32,000 nt of DNA from a cyanobacterium endosymbiont of Braarudosphaera bigelowii (lineage in GTDB: Bacteria; Cyanobacteriota; Cyanobacteriia; Cyanobacteriales; Microcystaceae). Shown here piece after piece: positions 1 through 10,903 of this stretch. The notes beneath the pieces were generated by a model that saw nothing but the letters and a program-made list of their open reading frames with translations, ran no database searches and was not told the DNA's origin. The first letter of the stretch is position 1, and every line of letters starts with the position of its first letter. Position numbers and translations under genes: made by a program. The stretch lies in the NCBI RefSeq assembly GCF_020885515.1, contig NZ_AP024987.1, positions 1,230,001-1,262,000 of the forward strand, written 5' to 3'.

Positions 1-543
1 GATACCACCAAATTTGGCCTTACTTATATTTTGGCTCTGCAAATCTTGGGCAGTATAAGGATCTCTAGTAAATACAGTTAGACATCTGGAAGAATGTAAA
101 AAAGTTCCTAAAAAAGGACCTATATTTAATTTCCCTTCATAAAGAGCAGATAAACAAGATATAAAAGAAATATAAGGGCGACCAGTAGAATAAGCAAAAC
201 CTTGAGATATTGAATCTCCCGTAGCCATTATCAAATCACAGGTAGTGGAATATTCCCAAACTTTTTGCAATTGTCTCCAAGTTAAACTTAATAGTCCCGA
301 TTGTAGATCCTTTAAAAAATGCAATCGATTAGTATAAGAAAAGCCGCCGGATGGTATATTCTGTGTTGGACCAATAATAGGAATACCTAATCGACGATAA
401 GCATTACCTTCACCGACTATGGGCATTGCTGCTATCTCTATACTTGGGTGCATCTCTAGTAAAGTTTCAATAATATAAGATGAATGATTATCTTCTCCAT
501 GACCATTACTGATAAATAAAATTCGTTTTGATGATGATGACAT
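1..543 (-). CDS. lipid-A-disaccharide synthase-related (LpxB-like) protein, N-terminal 181 codons; the 3' end lies beyond the window start
   Basis: My translation of the minus strand from ATG (543-541) gives MSSSSKRILFISNGHGEDNHSSYIIETLLEMHPSIEIAAMPIVGEGNAYRRLGIPIIGPTQNIPSGGFSY...RDPYTAQDLQSQNISKAKFGGI. It stays open to position 1. The pattern matches the cyanobacterial LpxB-related family as I remember it. It is absent from the ORF track, probably because the window edge truncates it. Confidence 0.6.
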   Translation of the reverse strand, partial: MSSSSKRILFISNGHGEDNHSSYIIETLLEMHPSIEIAAMPIVGEGNAYRRLGIPIIGPTQNIPSGGFSYTNRLHFLKDLQSGLLSLTWRQLQKVWEYSTTCDLIMATGDSISQGFAYSTGRPYISFISCLSALYEGKLNIGPFLGTFLHSSRCLTVFTRDPYTAQDLQSQNISKAKFGGI

Positions 544-1220
544 AATGATTTTTTAGGCAATCTCTAATAATTATTATTTAAGCCCAAATTTTAGAATTTA
601 TTAATTATGTTTTTAAAAGATTATCTAAATACTATTGGCTAACTACTCTTTTCTGGACTCTGAAAATTTATTTAGCCTATTGAAATTTTATAGAATAAAA
701 ATAACATTGTCAGTTTTCTCATTAATATTTAGAAACTGAATTGATACATAATAAATAATCAATAGCTATTGTATTAGATTAATCTTCAAAATAATAATAG
801 TTTATTCTAATTATAATTATTAGTTCATATTAAATGTGTTAATTTAATTAGTTTATACTCATATACAATCTGAGACTTAAATTTTTTAAAATATTATATG
901 TGTTTATTCTTTATCGTTCCAAAATTATTAACAAAGATTTTTCTAAAGTAAATTTATAAATAGTGCATATTATTTTAGATAAAGAGCAAATTAAAAAAAA
1001 TTTATCTTAATTTTATACTCAAGATTATTTGTTGTTAGCCAAGTATAAACTAACTTTTAGCTTCTGAGAAAAATCAATATGAATTATTTAGTTAATCTAT
1101 ATTAAAAAGTTATACTCTGATTCGTGAATGTAATTTTCTGGTATATTATCCTAACTAAAATTCTAATAAGTTTCACTAAAGAATAAACGATATTCTTTCC
1201 ATAATCTAGACTGCCTTACA

Positions 1221-2465
1221 TTATTCGGTTATCTTTGTGAAAAAATCAATAGTTTCTTTTAAAGCCACAGTAAATTTATCTATTTCTTCAAAAGTATTAT
1301 AAAAGTATAAACTTGCTCTAGCACTTCCTGAAGCTTTTAATAAGTGATGTAAAGGTTGAGTACAATGATCTCCAGAACGAATAGCAATTCCTTCATTATC
1401 TAATAAAGTTGATAAATCACTTCCGTGTATTCCATCTACATTAAATGATGCCAAGGCAGCCTTTCCTATGCCATTTTTAATTTTCTTTACTCCATAAGCC
1501 CTGAGATTTGGAATTCTTTCTAATTGTTGAAATAAATAACTTGATAACTGTTCTTCATAAGAATGAATGGTATTCATTCCTATCTCCGTTAAGTAATCAA
1601 CAGCTCTTCCTAAAGCTATTGCTTCTGCTATTGCTGGAGTCCCTGCTTCAAATTTATGAGGTAATTCTCCATAAGTAAAATGATCGAGAAATACTTCATC
1701 AATCATTTCTCCTCCTCCCAAGAATGGAGGCATTGATTCTAAAATTTTACGTTTTCCGTATAAAAAACCAATACCAGTGGGACCACACATTTTATGACCA
1801 CTTGCTACCAACCAATCACAATCAATATTTTGTATATCAATTGGAGTATGTGGAACACTTTGACATGCATCAATTAATACTTTAGCTCCAAAACTATGAG
1901 ATAGTTTAGTTATTTCTTCAATTGGGTTTATACAACCCAGCATATTAGAGATATGAACGATAGAAACCAGTTTAGTCTTTTCAGATAACATTGATTTAAA
2001 GTGATCTAAATCAAGATCTTCATTATCCGTTAATTGAATATACCTTATAACAGCTCCTGTCTTCTGAGCAATCATTTGCCATGGAACTAAATTACTATGG
2101 TGCTCCATTACAGAAGTTAAGATTTCATCTCCTTGTTTAAGATGATTTAGCCCCCAGCTATAAGCAACTAAATTGATAGCTTCTGTAGCATTTCGCGTAA
2201 AAATTATTTCTTCTCGGCAATTTGCGTTAATGAATTTTGCCACTTTATCACGAGATGCTTCATAAGATTCTGTCGCTTTAACACTTAAGGTATGAACACC
2301 ACGATGAACATTAGCATTATCTTTTTCATAATAGTGGTGTAAAGTCTCGATAACAACTGATGGTTTTTGAGAGGTTGCAGCGCTATCTAGATAAATTAAA
2401 GGTTTACCTTGTATCGTTTGATTTAAGATTGGAAAATCATCTCGAATATTTTGAATTAAAGTCAT
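1221..2465 (-). CDS. sufS: cysteine desulfurase SufS (PLP-dependent, class V aminotransferase fold)
   Basis: The track ORF is 1221..2492. Motifs present include DFPIL, HHSN, SGHKMCGPTGIG and the RSGDHC active-site Cys loop. It is the last gene of a sufB-C-D-S row. The track start at 2492 is a TTG. I prefer the ATG at 2465-2463, giving MTLIQNIRDDFPILN. Confidence 0.9.
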   Translation of the reverse strand: MTLIQNIRDDFPILNQTIQGKPLIYLDSAATSQKPSVVIETLHHYYEKDNANVHRGVHTLSVKATESYEASRDKVAKFINANCREEIIFTRNATEAINLVAYSWGLNHLKQGDEILTSVMEHHSNLVPWQMIAQKTGAVIRYIQLTDNEDLDLDHFKSMLSEKTKLVSIVHISNMLGCINPIEEITKLSHSFGAKVLIDACQSVPHTPIDIQNIDCDWLVASGHKMCGPTGIGFLYGKRKILESMPPFLGGGEMIDEVFLDHFTYGELPHKFEAGTPAIAEAIALGRAVDYLTEIGMNTIHSYEEQLSSYLFQQLERIPNLRAYGVKKIKNGIGKAALASFNVDGIHGSDLSTLLDNEGIAIRSGDHCTQPLHHLLKASGSARASLYFYNTFEEIDKFTVALKETIDFFTKITE

Positions 2466-2514
2466 AATGAATTTGCTATAAGTATTTTGCAATTAAATAA
2501 TTTTTGCATAGAAA

Positions 2515-3852
2515 TTAATATTGTTTAGTATGAGAAACAATATATTTTATCAACTTTTGTTCGAGAGATTTATAAGGTATCTTCATTATTATTTCACGTA
2601 TGAAAGCATTAACCAACAAATGGCGTGCATTAGCTTCGCTTAAACCTCGGCTTTGCAAATAAAAAAGTTCATTAGATTCTAATTGGCTAATAGTTGCGCC
2701 ATGAGAGCATTTGACATTATCTGCTGTAATTTGAAGTTCTGGTTTAGTATTAATACGAGATTTTTTTGACAATAACAAATTGCGATTTAGTTGTTTGGCA
2801 TTAGTTATTTGAGCAAGCTTAGATACAATAATTTTTCCATCAAAAATTCCATGAGCTTTATCATCAACAACATATTTATGTAATTGATCAATCATTCCAT
2901 TAGGATGATTAAGATTAATAGAAGTTTTTGTACAAGAAATTTGATCATCATTAAGAATACTCAAACCATTTAAGCAACTTTCTGTTCGAGATCCATTCTG
3001 ACAAATTTGTATATTATTACAACAAACCCTTGAGCCCAAATCAATTTGATTTAATGCATAAAAGCTATCTTTATCTTGAGTAACATTACTTTTTCCAATA
3101 TGAAAACTTATATTTGACTCTAGTTGTATTCGATTATGAGTAACTCGCGCGTTATCTTTTAAAAAAATTTCTGTTACAGAATTAGTAAAATAGGGATTAA
3201 TCTGATCTTGATTTAAATGTGAGTTTTCTATGGTTGAATAGCACTCAATAAAAGATACATTAGCTCCTTTTTCTGCTACAAGTAATGTATGTGGCTGTAC
3301 TAATGAAGAACTACTTTGCTGAGTTGAAATAAATAATAACTGAACTGGTTCCTTGATAGTGGTATTTTCACTAACTATAATAACTGCAGGATCGATCAAC
3401 CCTATTGTATTTAGTCTACTAAATATATCTTTTTTGTTTAAGTTATTATTTAAAAGAGTATAAACTTCATCCTTCTTTATATCTGGCAAATTTTTTAACG
3501 TACCGATAAAGATATCATTGGGTGATAAGGTAATACTTGATAAAGATTCATCATATAGGCCATCTACGAATACTATACAATTTGCCTTAACTTCAGGAAT
3601 AATAAGATCTTCAATACTTTTCTTTGTAACTTTTGTAGCTTTTGCAATTTTAAATTGATGTTTGTATAGTTCCCTAAGGTCTATAAATCTCCATTCCTCA
3701 TCTTGGGAAGTAGGGAAAGATAACTTTCTAATTTGTTCAAGTGAATCCTGTTTTAAACTCTTGAAATTATCAATATTATTGATTTGGAATTGATTTAACA
3801 GGTTATCTAAATAAAATTCTTTACTTGTTGTTTCTAATATAGAGTTTTTCAT
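2515..3852 (-). CDS. sufD: Fe-S cluster assembly protein SufD
   Basis: This 445 aa ORF lies between sufC and sufS. Its C-terminal region is SufB/SufD-like (KCSHGATISQLESNELFYLQSRGLSEANARHLLVNAF). Confidence 0.9.
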   Translation of the reverse strand: MKNSILETTSKEFYLDNLLNQFQINNIDNFKSLKQDSLEQIRKLSFPTSQDEEWRFIDLRELYKHQFKIAKATKVTKKSIEDLIIPEVKANCIVFVDGLYDESLSSITLSPNDIFIGTLKNLPDIKKDEVYTLLNNNLNKKDIFSRLNTIGLIDPAVIIVSENTTIKEPVQLLFISTQQSSSSLVQPHTLLVAEKGANVSFIECYSTIENSHLNQDQINPYFTNSVTEIFLKDNARVTHNRIQLESNISFHIGKSNVTQDKDSFYALNQIDLGSRVCCNNIQICQNGSRTESCLNGLSILNDDQISCTKTSINLNHPNGMIDQLHKYVVDDKAHGIFDGKIIVSKLAQITNAKQLNRNLLLSKKSRINTKPELQITADNVKCSHGATISQLESNELFYLQSRGLSEANARHLLVNAFIREIIMKIPYKSLEQKLIKYIVSHTKQY

Positions 3853-3969
3853 GCATTTAAAATCAATAATTGCAAATACAGCGATAATCTTGAATTGTAG
3901 TTAAGGCTCAATAAATATTTAAAATGGCTAAAATTTTAATATTTATTAATGATTAAATATGTAAATAAT

Positions 3970-4740
3970 TTAAGTTGTTTTCAGTAATTTTTCTTCTATA
4001 AAATCATAGCCAGTTTCTTCTAGCTCTAAAGCTAATTCTTTACCACCACTAATAACAATTTTTCCATCATACATAACATGAATATGATGAGGTTGAATGT
4101 ATGTAAGTAGACGCTGGTAGTGAGTAATTAGTAGAAAAGCATTATTAGAATGAGCTAATTGATTAACTCCATCAGCAACAATTCTTAAAGCATCAATATC
4201 TAAACCGGAATCAATTTCATCTAAGATTGCTAAAGTTGGTTCTAAAAGTGCCATTTGAAGAATTTCGTTCCGTTTTTTCTCTCCACCAGAAAAGCCTTCA
4301 TTTAAGCTTCTATTAAGAAAAGCAGGGTCCATTTTAACAATATCTAATTTTTTTTCAACTAAATCTTCAAAATCAAAGGTATCTATCTCTTCTAGACCTA
4401 AATGTTTTCTGCGAATATTATACGCAACTCTGAGGAAATCAAGATTACTTACTCCAGGAATTTCTAGAGGATATTGAAAAGCTAGAAAGATTCCATCTAA
4501 TGCTCTTTCGTGGGGTTCTTTTTCTAAAATATTTTGTCCTTTATAAATTATTTCTCCTCCAGTAACTACATAGTCAGGATGCCCTGCAAGGATTTTTGAG
4601 AAAGTACTTTTCCCCGATCCATTTCTACCCATAATTGCATGAATTTCTCCTGCTTTAATTTCTAAGTTAACACCTTTTAAAATAGGTGTTCCACTAACAT
4701 TAGCAGTTAAATTTTTAACAGATAAGATAACATTGTCCAT
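3970..4740 (-). CDS. sufC: Fe-S cluster assembly ATPase SufC
   Basis: This 256 aa ORF has Walker [10 protein letters not shown], the ABC signature FSGGEKKR, Walker [13 protein letters not shown] and an H-loop ITHY. Confidence 0.95.
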   Translation of the reverse strand: MDNVILSVKNLTANVSGTPILKGVNLEIKAGEIHAIMGRNGSGKSTFSKILAGHPDYVVTGGEIIYKGQNILEKEPHERALDGIFLAFQYPLEIPGVSNLDFLRVAYNIRRKHLGLEEIDTFDFEDLVEKKLDIVKMDPAFLNRSLNEGFSGGEKKRNEILQMALLEPTLAILDEIDSGLDIDALRIVADGVNQLAHSNNAFLLITHYQRLLTYIQPHHIHVMYDGKIVISGGKELALELEETGYDFIEEKLLKTT

Positions 4741-4811
4741 AATTTTTTCTAAATACCTAATAACAAACTAACTATATTTCAATTAATGCTCACACTTTAT
4801 ATTTAATTATA

Positions 4812-6254
4812 TTAACCTACACTTCCTTCTAGTTTAAGGCTTAATAACTTATCTGCTTCAGAAGCAAATTCCATAGGTAGCTCACTTAGTACATCCTTGC
4901 AAAAACCACTAACTATAATTGAGACTGCATCTTCTTCAGGGATGCCTCTCTGGGCAAAGTAAAATAATTGATCCTCTCCTATTTTAGATGTAGAAGCCTC
5001 ATGTTCAACTTTTGTCGTATTGTTATCTGCTTGTATATAAGGAAAGGTATTAGCCTCTGCATTATCACCAATAAGCATTGAATCGCATTGAGAATAATTT
5101 CTAGCCCCTTGAGCCTTGGGACCCATTTTAACTAAGCCTCTATAACTATTTGTGGAGTTTCCTGCAGAAATTCCTTTCGAAATAATAGTACTGCGAGTAT
5201 TTTTTCCAATATGTACCATCTTAGTCCCAGTATCTGCCTGTTGTTTATTGTTAGTCAGCGCAATTGAATAAAATTCTCCAATAGAGTTATCTCCTACTAG
5301 TACACAACTTGGATATTTCCAAGTAATAGCTGAACCTGTCTCTACTTGAGTCCAAGATATTTTAGAATTAACTCCTTTACAAAGTCCCCTTTTAGTAACG
5401 AAATTATAAATTCCTCCTTTTCCTGTTTCATCGCCAGCATACCAGTTTTGAACGGTAGAGTATTTAATGCTAGCATTGTCTAGGACAACAAGCTCAACTA
5501 CAGCAGCATGCAATTGGTTAGTATCGAACATTGGAGCTGTACAACCTTCTAAGTAACTCACAGAGGCTCCTTCTTCTGCTACTATTAAAGTTCTTTCAAA
5601 TTGTCCTGCATCTCCACTATTAATACGAAAATATGTTGAAAGTTCCATAGGGCACTCCACACCTTTAGGGATGAAGGCAAAAGAACCATCACTAAACACG
5701 GCAGAATTTAATGCTGAAAAAAAGTTATCACTTATGGGTACTACGCTTCCAAGATACTTTTTAATTAACTCAGGATATTGTTCTAGTGCTTCAGATATAG
5801 AACAAAATATAACTCCAGATTCAGCTAATTTGTCTTTAAAGGTTGTTGTTATTGATACACTATCAAAGATGACATCAACAGCTACATTACTAAGACGTTT
5901 TTGCTCTGACAAAGGAATTCCAAGTTTATCAAAAGTTTCCAGTAGTGCAGGATCAACTTCATCTAGATTATTAAGTTTTTCTTTTTTTTGCTTTGGAGCA
6001 GAGTAGTAGATAATATTTTGATAGTCAATTTTTGGATATGTAATATGAGGCCAAGAAGGCTCAAACATTTTCTGCCATTGCTTGAAAGCCTTGAGACGAA
6101 AATCAAGCATGAAATCTGGTTCATTTTTCTTTGCTGAGATGAGGCGGACCACTTCTTCACTTAAACCACGAGGAATAGTATCAGCTTCAATGTCAGTAAC
6201 AAAGCCATATTTATAAGGTTGATTGACTAGGTTCTTGACGTTTGTTGCATTCAT
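4812..6254 (-). CDS. sufB: Fe-S cluster assembly scaffold SufB
   Basis: This 480 aa ORF is highly SufB-like throughout ([37 protein letters not shown]). A GGAGAA sequence lies about 8 nt upstream of the ATG. Confidence 0.95.
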   Translation of the reverse strand: MNATNVKNLVNQPYKYGFVTDIEADTIPRGLSEEVVRLISAKKNEPDFMLDFRLKAFKQWQKMFEPSWPHITYPKIDYQNIIYYSAPKQKKEKLNNLDEVDPALLETFDKLGIPLSEQKRLSNVAVDVIFDSVSITTTFKDKLAESGVIFCSISEALEQYPELIKKYLGSVVPISDNFFSALNSAVFSDGSFAFIPKGVECPMELSTYFRINSGDAGQFERTLIVAEEGASVSYLEGCTAPMFDTNQLHAAVVELVVLDNASIKYSTVQNWYAGDETGKGGIYNFVTKRGLCKGVNSKISWTQVETGSAITWKYPSCVLVGDNSIGEFYSIALTNNKQQADTGTKMVHIGKNTRSTIISKGISAGNSTNSYRGLVKMGPKAQGARNYSQCDSMLIGDNAEANTFPYIQADNNTTKVEHEASTSKIGEDQLFYFAQRGIPEEDAVSIIVSGFCKDVLSELPMEFASEADKLLSLKLEGSVG

Positions 6255-6511
6255 TAGATTTTACGTTCTCCATTTCTCTTTAATGATTCTCCCCGGCAGT
6301 GAAGAATCAAGTAATTTCAGATGATTCAAAAGTGTTGATAGATTAGGGTATAAATTATAATAACCCTAGAATCTGCATTTTTTGAGCAGAAGTCAATAAA
6401 ACAACATTTGTATTTATTAATTATATCTCATAGTAAACTAATTAGTTGATAAAGTGTTACCTCTCCAAGCCATCTAAATCTTTATAAACTACATGTTTAA
6501 TAGTTGCGAAA

Positions 6512-7035
6512 ATGATAATTGTATAACTTCTTTTAATCAAAGAAGATATTTCGTAGCAGCTACTTAAACAAGATGAAATTACTATTAAAAAATTACAAAA
6601 GTTCTTAATACTAAGATTGAAAAAACTTATAGTTGTCTAATAAGTATAAAATATTAAATAATTTAAAAAAGAACACTATATGCTTACCTTCTTAATAAGT
6701 TGGGACATAATTATTTGTTAAAGCAGGATGAAAATTTATTAATATTTTTTATAGGTCTTGATAGAAGTAATAAAGAAATAATCTTGAAAAAGTAGTAAAA
6801 CCACAAGATATAACGAGCATATTAACTAATAGATACTTGAAGAAAGAATAGAAATCACTAATAAAATCTAAAATTTCTTGTTGAATATAAATATGTCGTT
6901 TCTATAATTGAAGAATTTGATGCAATAGCTTGTAATGATAAATTAGAATATTCAAATATTGTAGGGTGAAAAGAACATAACTGTGAATATTTAATCAACA
7001 TAAAAAATCATAAATTTAATGTTAAATTTTATTAA
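6512..7035 (+). pseudogene. sufR: probable decayed sufR (Fe-S sensing repressor of sufBCDS), broken by stops and frameshifts
   Basis: It sits divergent from sufB, which is the canonical cyanobacterial sufR position. Reading from ATG 6512 gives MIIV*LLLIKEDIS*QLLKQDEITIKKLQKFL. This resembles the SufR N-terminal winged-helix pattern (..KEDIL.YLLKQG.ATA.ELA..L). Another frame gives SNKYKILNNLKKN, which resembles SPQAIRRHLKDL. A third frame (6910-7035) gives EEFDAIACNDKLEYSNIVG*KEHNCEYLIN, which resembles the Cys-rich C-terminus (..GEH.CGYL..). My memory of SufR sequences is imperfect and AT-rich DNA yields K/I/L/N-rich peptides easily. Confidence 0.4.
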
Positions 7036-7047
7036 TTTACTAAATTC

Positions 7048-7088
7048 ATTATTTCAATTACATATAAGTTATATGTAATTGAAATAAT
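7048..7088. repeat. perfect 41-nt palindrome (20-nt arms around a single central G)
   Basis: The sequence is ATTATTTCAATTACATATAA-G-TTATATGTAATTGAAATAAT. I checked it by reverse-complementing. It lies 13 nt after the last stop of the putative sufR relic and about 100 nt upstream of tRNA-Thr. Confidence 0.9.
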
Positions 7089-7189
7089 ACACCACTATAT
7101 TTATTAACCTTTTTATTTATAAAAATAACAAAAATATGTTATAGTATTATGTACTTATACATAGAATACTTGTAAAGTTTCATTTTATT

Positions 7190-7262
7190 GCTTCCTTAGC
7201 TCAGTTGGTAGAGCAACTCACTTGTAATGAGTAGGTCGTCGGTTCAAGTCCGACAGGGAGCT
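7190..7262 (+). tRNA. tRNA-Thr (anticodon UGU)
   Basis: I folded the cloverleaf by hand. The acceptor stem is GCTTCCT/AGGGAGC, the D arm is GCTC-AGTTGGTA-GAGC, and the anticodon arm is ACTCA-CTTGTAA-TGAGT. The T arm is GTCGG-TTCAAGT-CCGAC and the discriminator is T. CCA is not encoded. Confidence 0.95.
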
Positions 7263-7268
7263 TTACAA

Positions 7269-7318
7269 AAAAAGATACTAACTAAAATTACTATTTTAAT
7301 TAGTATCTTTTTGTTTTG
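7269..7318 (+). terminator. intrinsic terminator-like hairpin after tRNA-Thr
   Basis: The hairpin is AAAAAGATACTAA-c-TAAAAT [tact] ATTTTA-a-TTAGTATCTTTTT. That is 13+6 bp with one mismatch and a 4-nt loop. It runs into TTTTTGTTTTG. Confidence 0.6.
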
Positions 7319-7456
7319 AGCAATAATGTCTTCATATATATACAATAATTTAGTAGTCTGTTCTATATTCAAATCAATAATTATAAATCTGGATCTCATA
7401 TTTAAGAAATATGAAAGAGCAGTTAGAAAGTAAAGTTAGTTTTAAAAAAATATCTT

Positions 7457-10255
7457 ATGTTTAAAGCTTTATTTGGTGATCCTAATACTAGAAAAATTAA
7501 AAAATTTCAGCCAATTGTTACAGAAATTAACTTGTTGGAAGCAGAGATCCATAAATTATCTGATCAACAACTTAAATATAAAACACATGAACTTAGAGAG
7601 GTACTAGGTACCGCTAGTAGTGATGAAGAGTTAAGAAATATTTTAGATGAGATTCTTCCAGAAGCTTTTGCTGTTGTGAGAGAAGCAAGTATACGTGTTT
7701 TGGGGATGCGTCACTTCGACGTGCAACTTATTGGTGGTATGGTTCTCCATAAAGGACAAATTGCAGAAATGAAAACTGGAGAAGGAAAAACTCTCGTTGC
7801 AACACTACCTGCTTATCTAAATGGACTAACAAAGAAAGGTGTTCATATTGTTACTGTAAATGATTATTTGGCTCGTAGAGATGCAGAATGGATGGGACAG
7901 GTTCATCGTTTTCTTGGATTAAGTGTTGGTCTTATTCAGTCAGGTATGAATCCTGAAGAGCGTAGAAAAAATTATTCTTGTGACATAACTTATACTACCA
8001 ACAGTGAGCTGGGATTTGATTATTTACGAGATAATATGGCTACATCTATGGCTGAAGTCGTACAGCGTCCTCCTTACTACTGTATCATTGACGAAGTTGA
8101 CTCAATATTAATAGATGAGGCCCGTACCCCGTTAATAATATCTGGACAAGTAGAAAGACCGACAGAAAAATATCTCAAAGCTACTGAAATTGCGAAACAT
8201 CTCGAAAGGCAAGAGTCTGAAAACGATCCGAAAGAATATGAAGTAGATGAAAAAGCGCGTAATGTCTTGATGACTGATCAAGGTTTTGAAAAAGCTGAAA
8301 AATTATTAGAAGTTCAAGATTTATACGATCAAGAGAATCCTTGGGCTCATTATATTTTCAATGCCATTAAGGCTAAAGAATTATTTATTAAAGATGTTAA
8401 CTATATAGTTAAAAACCAAGAAGTTGTTATCGTTGATGAATTTACTGGACGTGTTTTAGCTGGTAGGCGTTGGAGTGATGGTCTTCACCAAGCTATCGAA
8501 GCCAAAGAAGAAGTTCCCATTCAAAAAGAAACACAAACTTTAGCTACTATTACTTATCAGAACTTTTTCCTATTATACAATCAGCTTTCAGGAATGACTG
8601 GAACTGCTAAAACAGAAGAGACAGAGTTGGAAAAAGTCTACAATCTTCAAGTTACTATTATTCCTACGAATAGACCTTCTCAACGCTATGACAATCCAGA
8701 TGTAGTGTATAAAACTGAAATAGCTAAATGGAAAGCAGTAGCACAAGAAGTTGAAGAATTTTATAAAGTAGGACGTCCTATTCTAGTCGGGACAACTAGT
8801 GTTGAAAAATCAGATGTAATATCTTCTTTATTGCAAGAAAAAAATATTCCTCACAATATTCTTAATGCTAGACCAGAAAATGTAGAAAGAGAATCAGAAA
8901 TTGTTGCGCAAGCAGGCAGGAAAGGAGCAGTTACGATTGCTACTAATATGGCAGGAAGAGGAACAGATATTATCTTAGGTGGAAATTCAGATTATATGGC
9001 ACGTCTTAAAATTCGAGAATACTTAATGCCTCAGGTTGTTACACCTGAAGATAATAAGTTAATAAAAGAAGCAAAAATTAATAATTCTCATTCTCGAGGC
9101 TTTGGACAAGAGCATAATAGAAAAAAGTGGAAGCCATCAGCTGATATTTTTCCTACTCAGCTTTCACAAAAAGCACAAGAATTGATTAAAAGTGTAGTGA
9201 CATTTGCTGTTGACAAATATGGGTTGCAAAATATTTCAGAACTAGAAGCAGAAGAGAAAATAGCTATTGCTTCTGAAAATGCACCTACTGAGGATGTTGT
9301 TGTTCTTAAACTAAGAGAAGTTTATAAAATCATACGTCAAGAATATGACATATATACGAATGCAGAACACGACGAAGTGGTTGAACTAGGAGGATTGTAC
9401 GTAATGGCTACAGAGCGCCATGAATCTCGTCGAGTTGATAATCAATTAAGAGGAAGATCTGGGAGGCAAGGAGATCCCGGAACAACTAAATTCTTTTTAA
9501 GTTTGGAAGATAACCTATTAAGAATATTTGGTGGAGATCGTGTAGCAGGATTAATGAATGCTTTTCGAGTTGAAGAGGAAATGCCTATTGAATCAAAAAT
9601 GCTGACTCGTTCTCTAGAAGGGGCTCAAAAAAAAGTAGAAACCTTTTATTACGATACTCGAAAACAGGTCTTTGAATATGATGAGGTAATGAATAATCAA
9701 AGACGAGCTATTTATGCTGAACGTCGTCGTGTATTAGAAGGTTTAGATCTTAAGGAACAAGTTTTGCAATATGCAGAAAAAACCATGGATGAAATTGTTG
9801 ATGCTTATGTTAATCCAGAACTTCCACCTGAAGAATGGGACGTAAAAAATTTAGTAAATAAGATCAAAGAATTTGTTTATCTCTTAAAAGATATTGTTGC
9901 AGAAGATATGGAAGAAATGGATGCTGGAGATATGAAAATTTTTCTTCATGAAGAAGTCCGTAAAGCATACAGCATGAAAGAAGGTCAAGTAGATAAAACT
10001 CGACCTGGTTTAATGAGAGAAGCAGAAAGATTTTTTATATTACAACAAATAGATACATTATGGCGTGAGCACTTACAGTCTATGGATGCCTTAAGAGAAT
10101 CTGTTGGATTAAGGGGTTATGGACAAAAAGATCCTCTTATTGAATATAAGCAAGAAGGCTATGAAATGTTTTTAGAAATGATGATCGATATTCGAAGAAA
10201 TGTTGTTTATTCCTTATTTCAATTTCAGCCCCAAGAGCAACCTTCAACATTATAG
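7457..10255 (+). CDS. secA: preprotein translocase ATPase SecA
   Basis: This 932 aa ORF starts [17 protein letters not shown]. It has the DEAD-like motor motifs [10 protein letters not shown] and [21 protein letters not shown], plus [10 protein letters not shown]. Confidence 0.97.
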   Translation: MFKALFGDPNTRKIKKFQPIVTEINLLEAEIHKLSDQQLKYKTHELREVLGTASSDEELRNILDEILPEAFAVVREASIRVLGMRHFDVQLIGGMVLHKGQIAEMKTGEGKTLVATLPAYLNGLTKKGVHIVTVNDYLARRDAEWMGQVHRFLGLSVGLIQSGMNPEERRKNYSCDITYTTNSELGFDYLRDNMATSMAEVVQRPPYYCIIDEVDSILIDEARTPLIISGQVERPTEKYLKATEIAKHLERQESENDPKEYEVDEKARNVLMTDQGFEKAEKLLEVQDLYDQENPWAHYIFNAIKAKELFIKDVNYIVKNQEVVIVDEFTGRVLAGRRWSDGLHQAIEAKEEVPIQKETQTLATITYQNFFLLYNQLSGMTGTAKTEETELEKVYNLQVTIIPTNRPSQRYDNPDVVYKTEIAKWKAVAQEVEEFYKVGRPILVGTTSVEKSDVISSLLQEKNIPHNILNARPENVERESEIVAQAGRKGAVTIATNMAGRGTDIILGGNSDYMARLKIREYLMPQVVTPEDNKLIKEAKINNSHSRGFGQEHNRKKWKPSADIFPTQLSQKAQELIKSVVTFAVDKYGLQNISELEAEEKIAIASENAPTEDVVVLKLREVYKIIRQEYDIYTNAEHDEVVELGGLYVMATERHESRRVDNQLRGRSGRQGDPGTTKFFLSLEDNLLRIFGGDRVAGLMNAFRVEEEMPIESKMLTRSLEGAQKKVETFYYDTRKQVFEYDEVMNNQRRAIYAERRRVLEGLDLKEQVLQYAEKTMDEIVDAYVNPELPPEEWDVKNLVNKIKEFVYLLKDIVAEDMEEMDAGDMKIFLHEEVRKAYSMKEGQVDKTRPGLMREAERFFILQQIDTLWREHLQSMDALRESVGLRGYGQKDPLIEYKQEGYEMFLEMMIDIRRNVVYSLFQFQPQEQPSTL

Positions 10256-10281
10256 TTGAGATAACTCATGACTATAGGAAA

Positions 10282-10366
10282 CGGAGAGGGTGGGATTCGA
10301 ACCCACGTTGGCTTTCACCAAACCCGATTTCAAGTCGGGCGCATTCGACCACTCTGCCACCTCTCC
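10282..10366 (-). tRNA. tRNA-Ser (anticodon UGA), class II with a long variable arm
   Basis: The reverse complement is GGAGAGGTGGCAGAGTGGTCGAATGCGCCCGACTTGAAATCGGGTTTGGTGAAAGCCAACGTGGGTTCGAATCCCACCCTCTCCG. The anticodon arm is CCCGA-CTTGAAA-TCGGG and the T loop is GGTTCGAATCC. Confidence 0.95.
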
Positions 10367-10903
10367 ACACTCTCAGAAATAATATCCTAACATATAACTG
10401 CTACAGACCCCTAACATAACAATTAATCTTTGTAAAAAAATATACAAAAATTATCACTATTACTAATACTCGGAATCAACGCCAAGAAAGTTAGCTGAAA
10501 TAAAGAGAAAATATCTGTTTAGGCTAATTATTGTCACAACCTGTTTATTTATTTTGAGATATTTCTTCTATAACCTACTATTTTACAAATATCTAATAAT
10601 ATATCCTTTGTTATAAGGTGATTCACAAAGTCATTTTTTTTAAAACTATTTAAATAAAAAACTACTTTAGATTCTTGTTTATTGTTTGTGTTAGAGAATT
10701 TTTCGCAAAAACTCTTAAAATAATGATTTTATTCTTAATAAATGGTCCTTAAGAGTATTTTTATTGAAAAGAGAAATATATTTAGGTTATTAGTTAAGAA
10801 GTTACACATAGTAATGACTAAAATGTACAAACGCTGCCTATACTTGTGAATACTAAATATAAAACATAAGTATGCCGTTTATTAATAAATATTTATCTTA
10901 TAA

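Noticed and set aside
1178-1198. A short A/T-only hairpin (AAAGAATA-aacga-TATTCTTT) just downstream of sufS as a terminator
   Set aside because: The 8-bp stem is almost pure A/T and such stems arise by chance in this composition. It is too weak to call.
2466-2492. An N-terminal extension of sufS from a TTG start, and likewise 22421..22432 for the TolC-like gene
   Set aside because: The ORF track extends both genes to upstream TTG codons. In-frame ATG codons a few residues downstream give canonical N-termini: MTLIQNIRDDFPIL for SufS and a signal-peptide-like MFLLNYY... for the porin.
5671-6160. Two short ORFs (5671..6006 on + and 5963..6160 on -) inside sufB
   Set aside because: They overlap the strongly conserved sufB reading frame. 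They have no recognisable family and no RBS, so they are chance ORFs.
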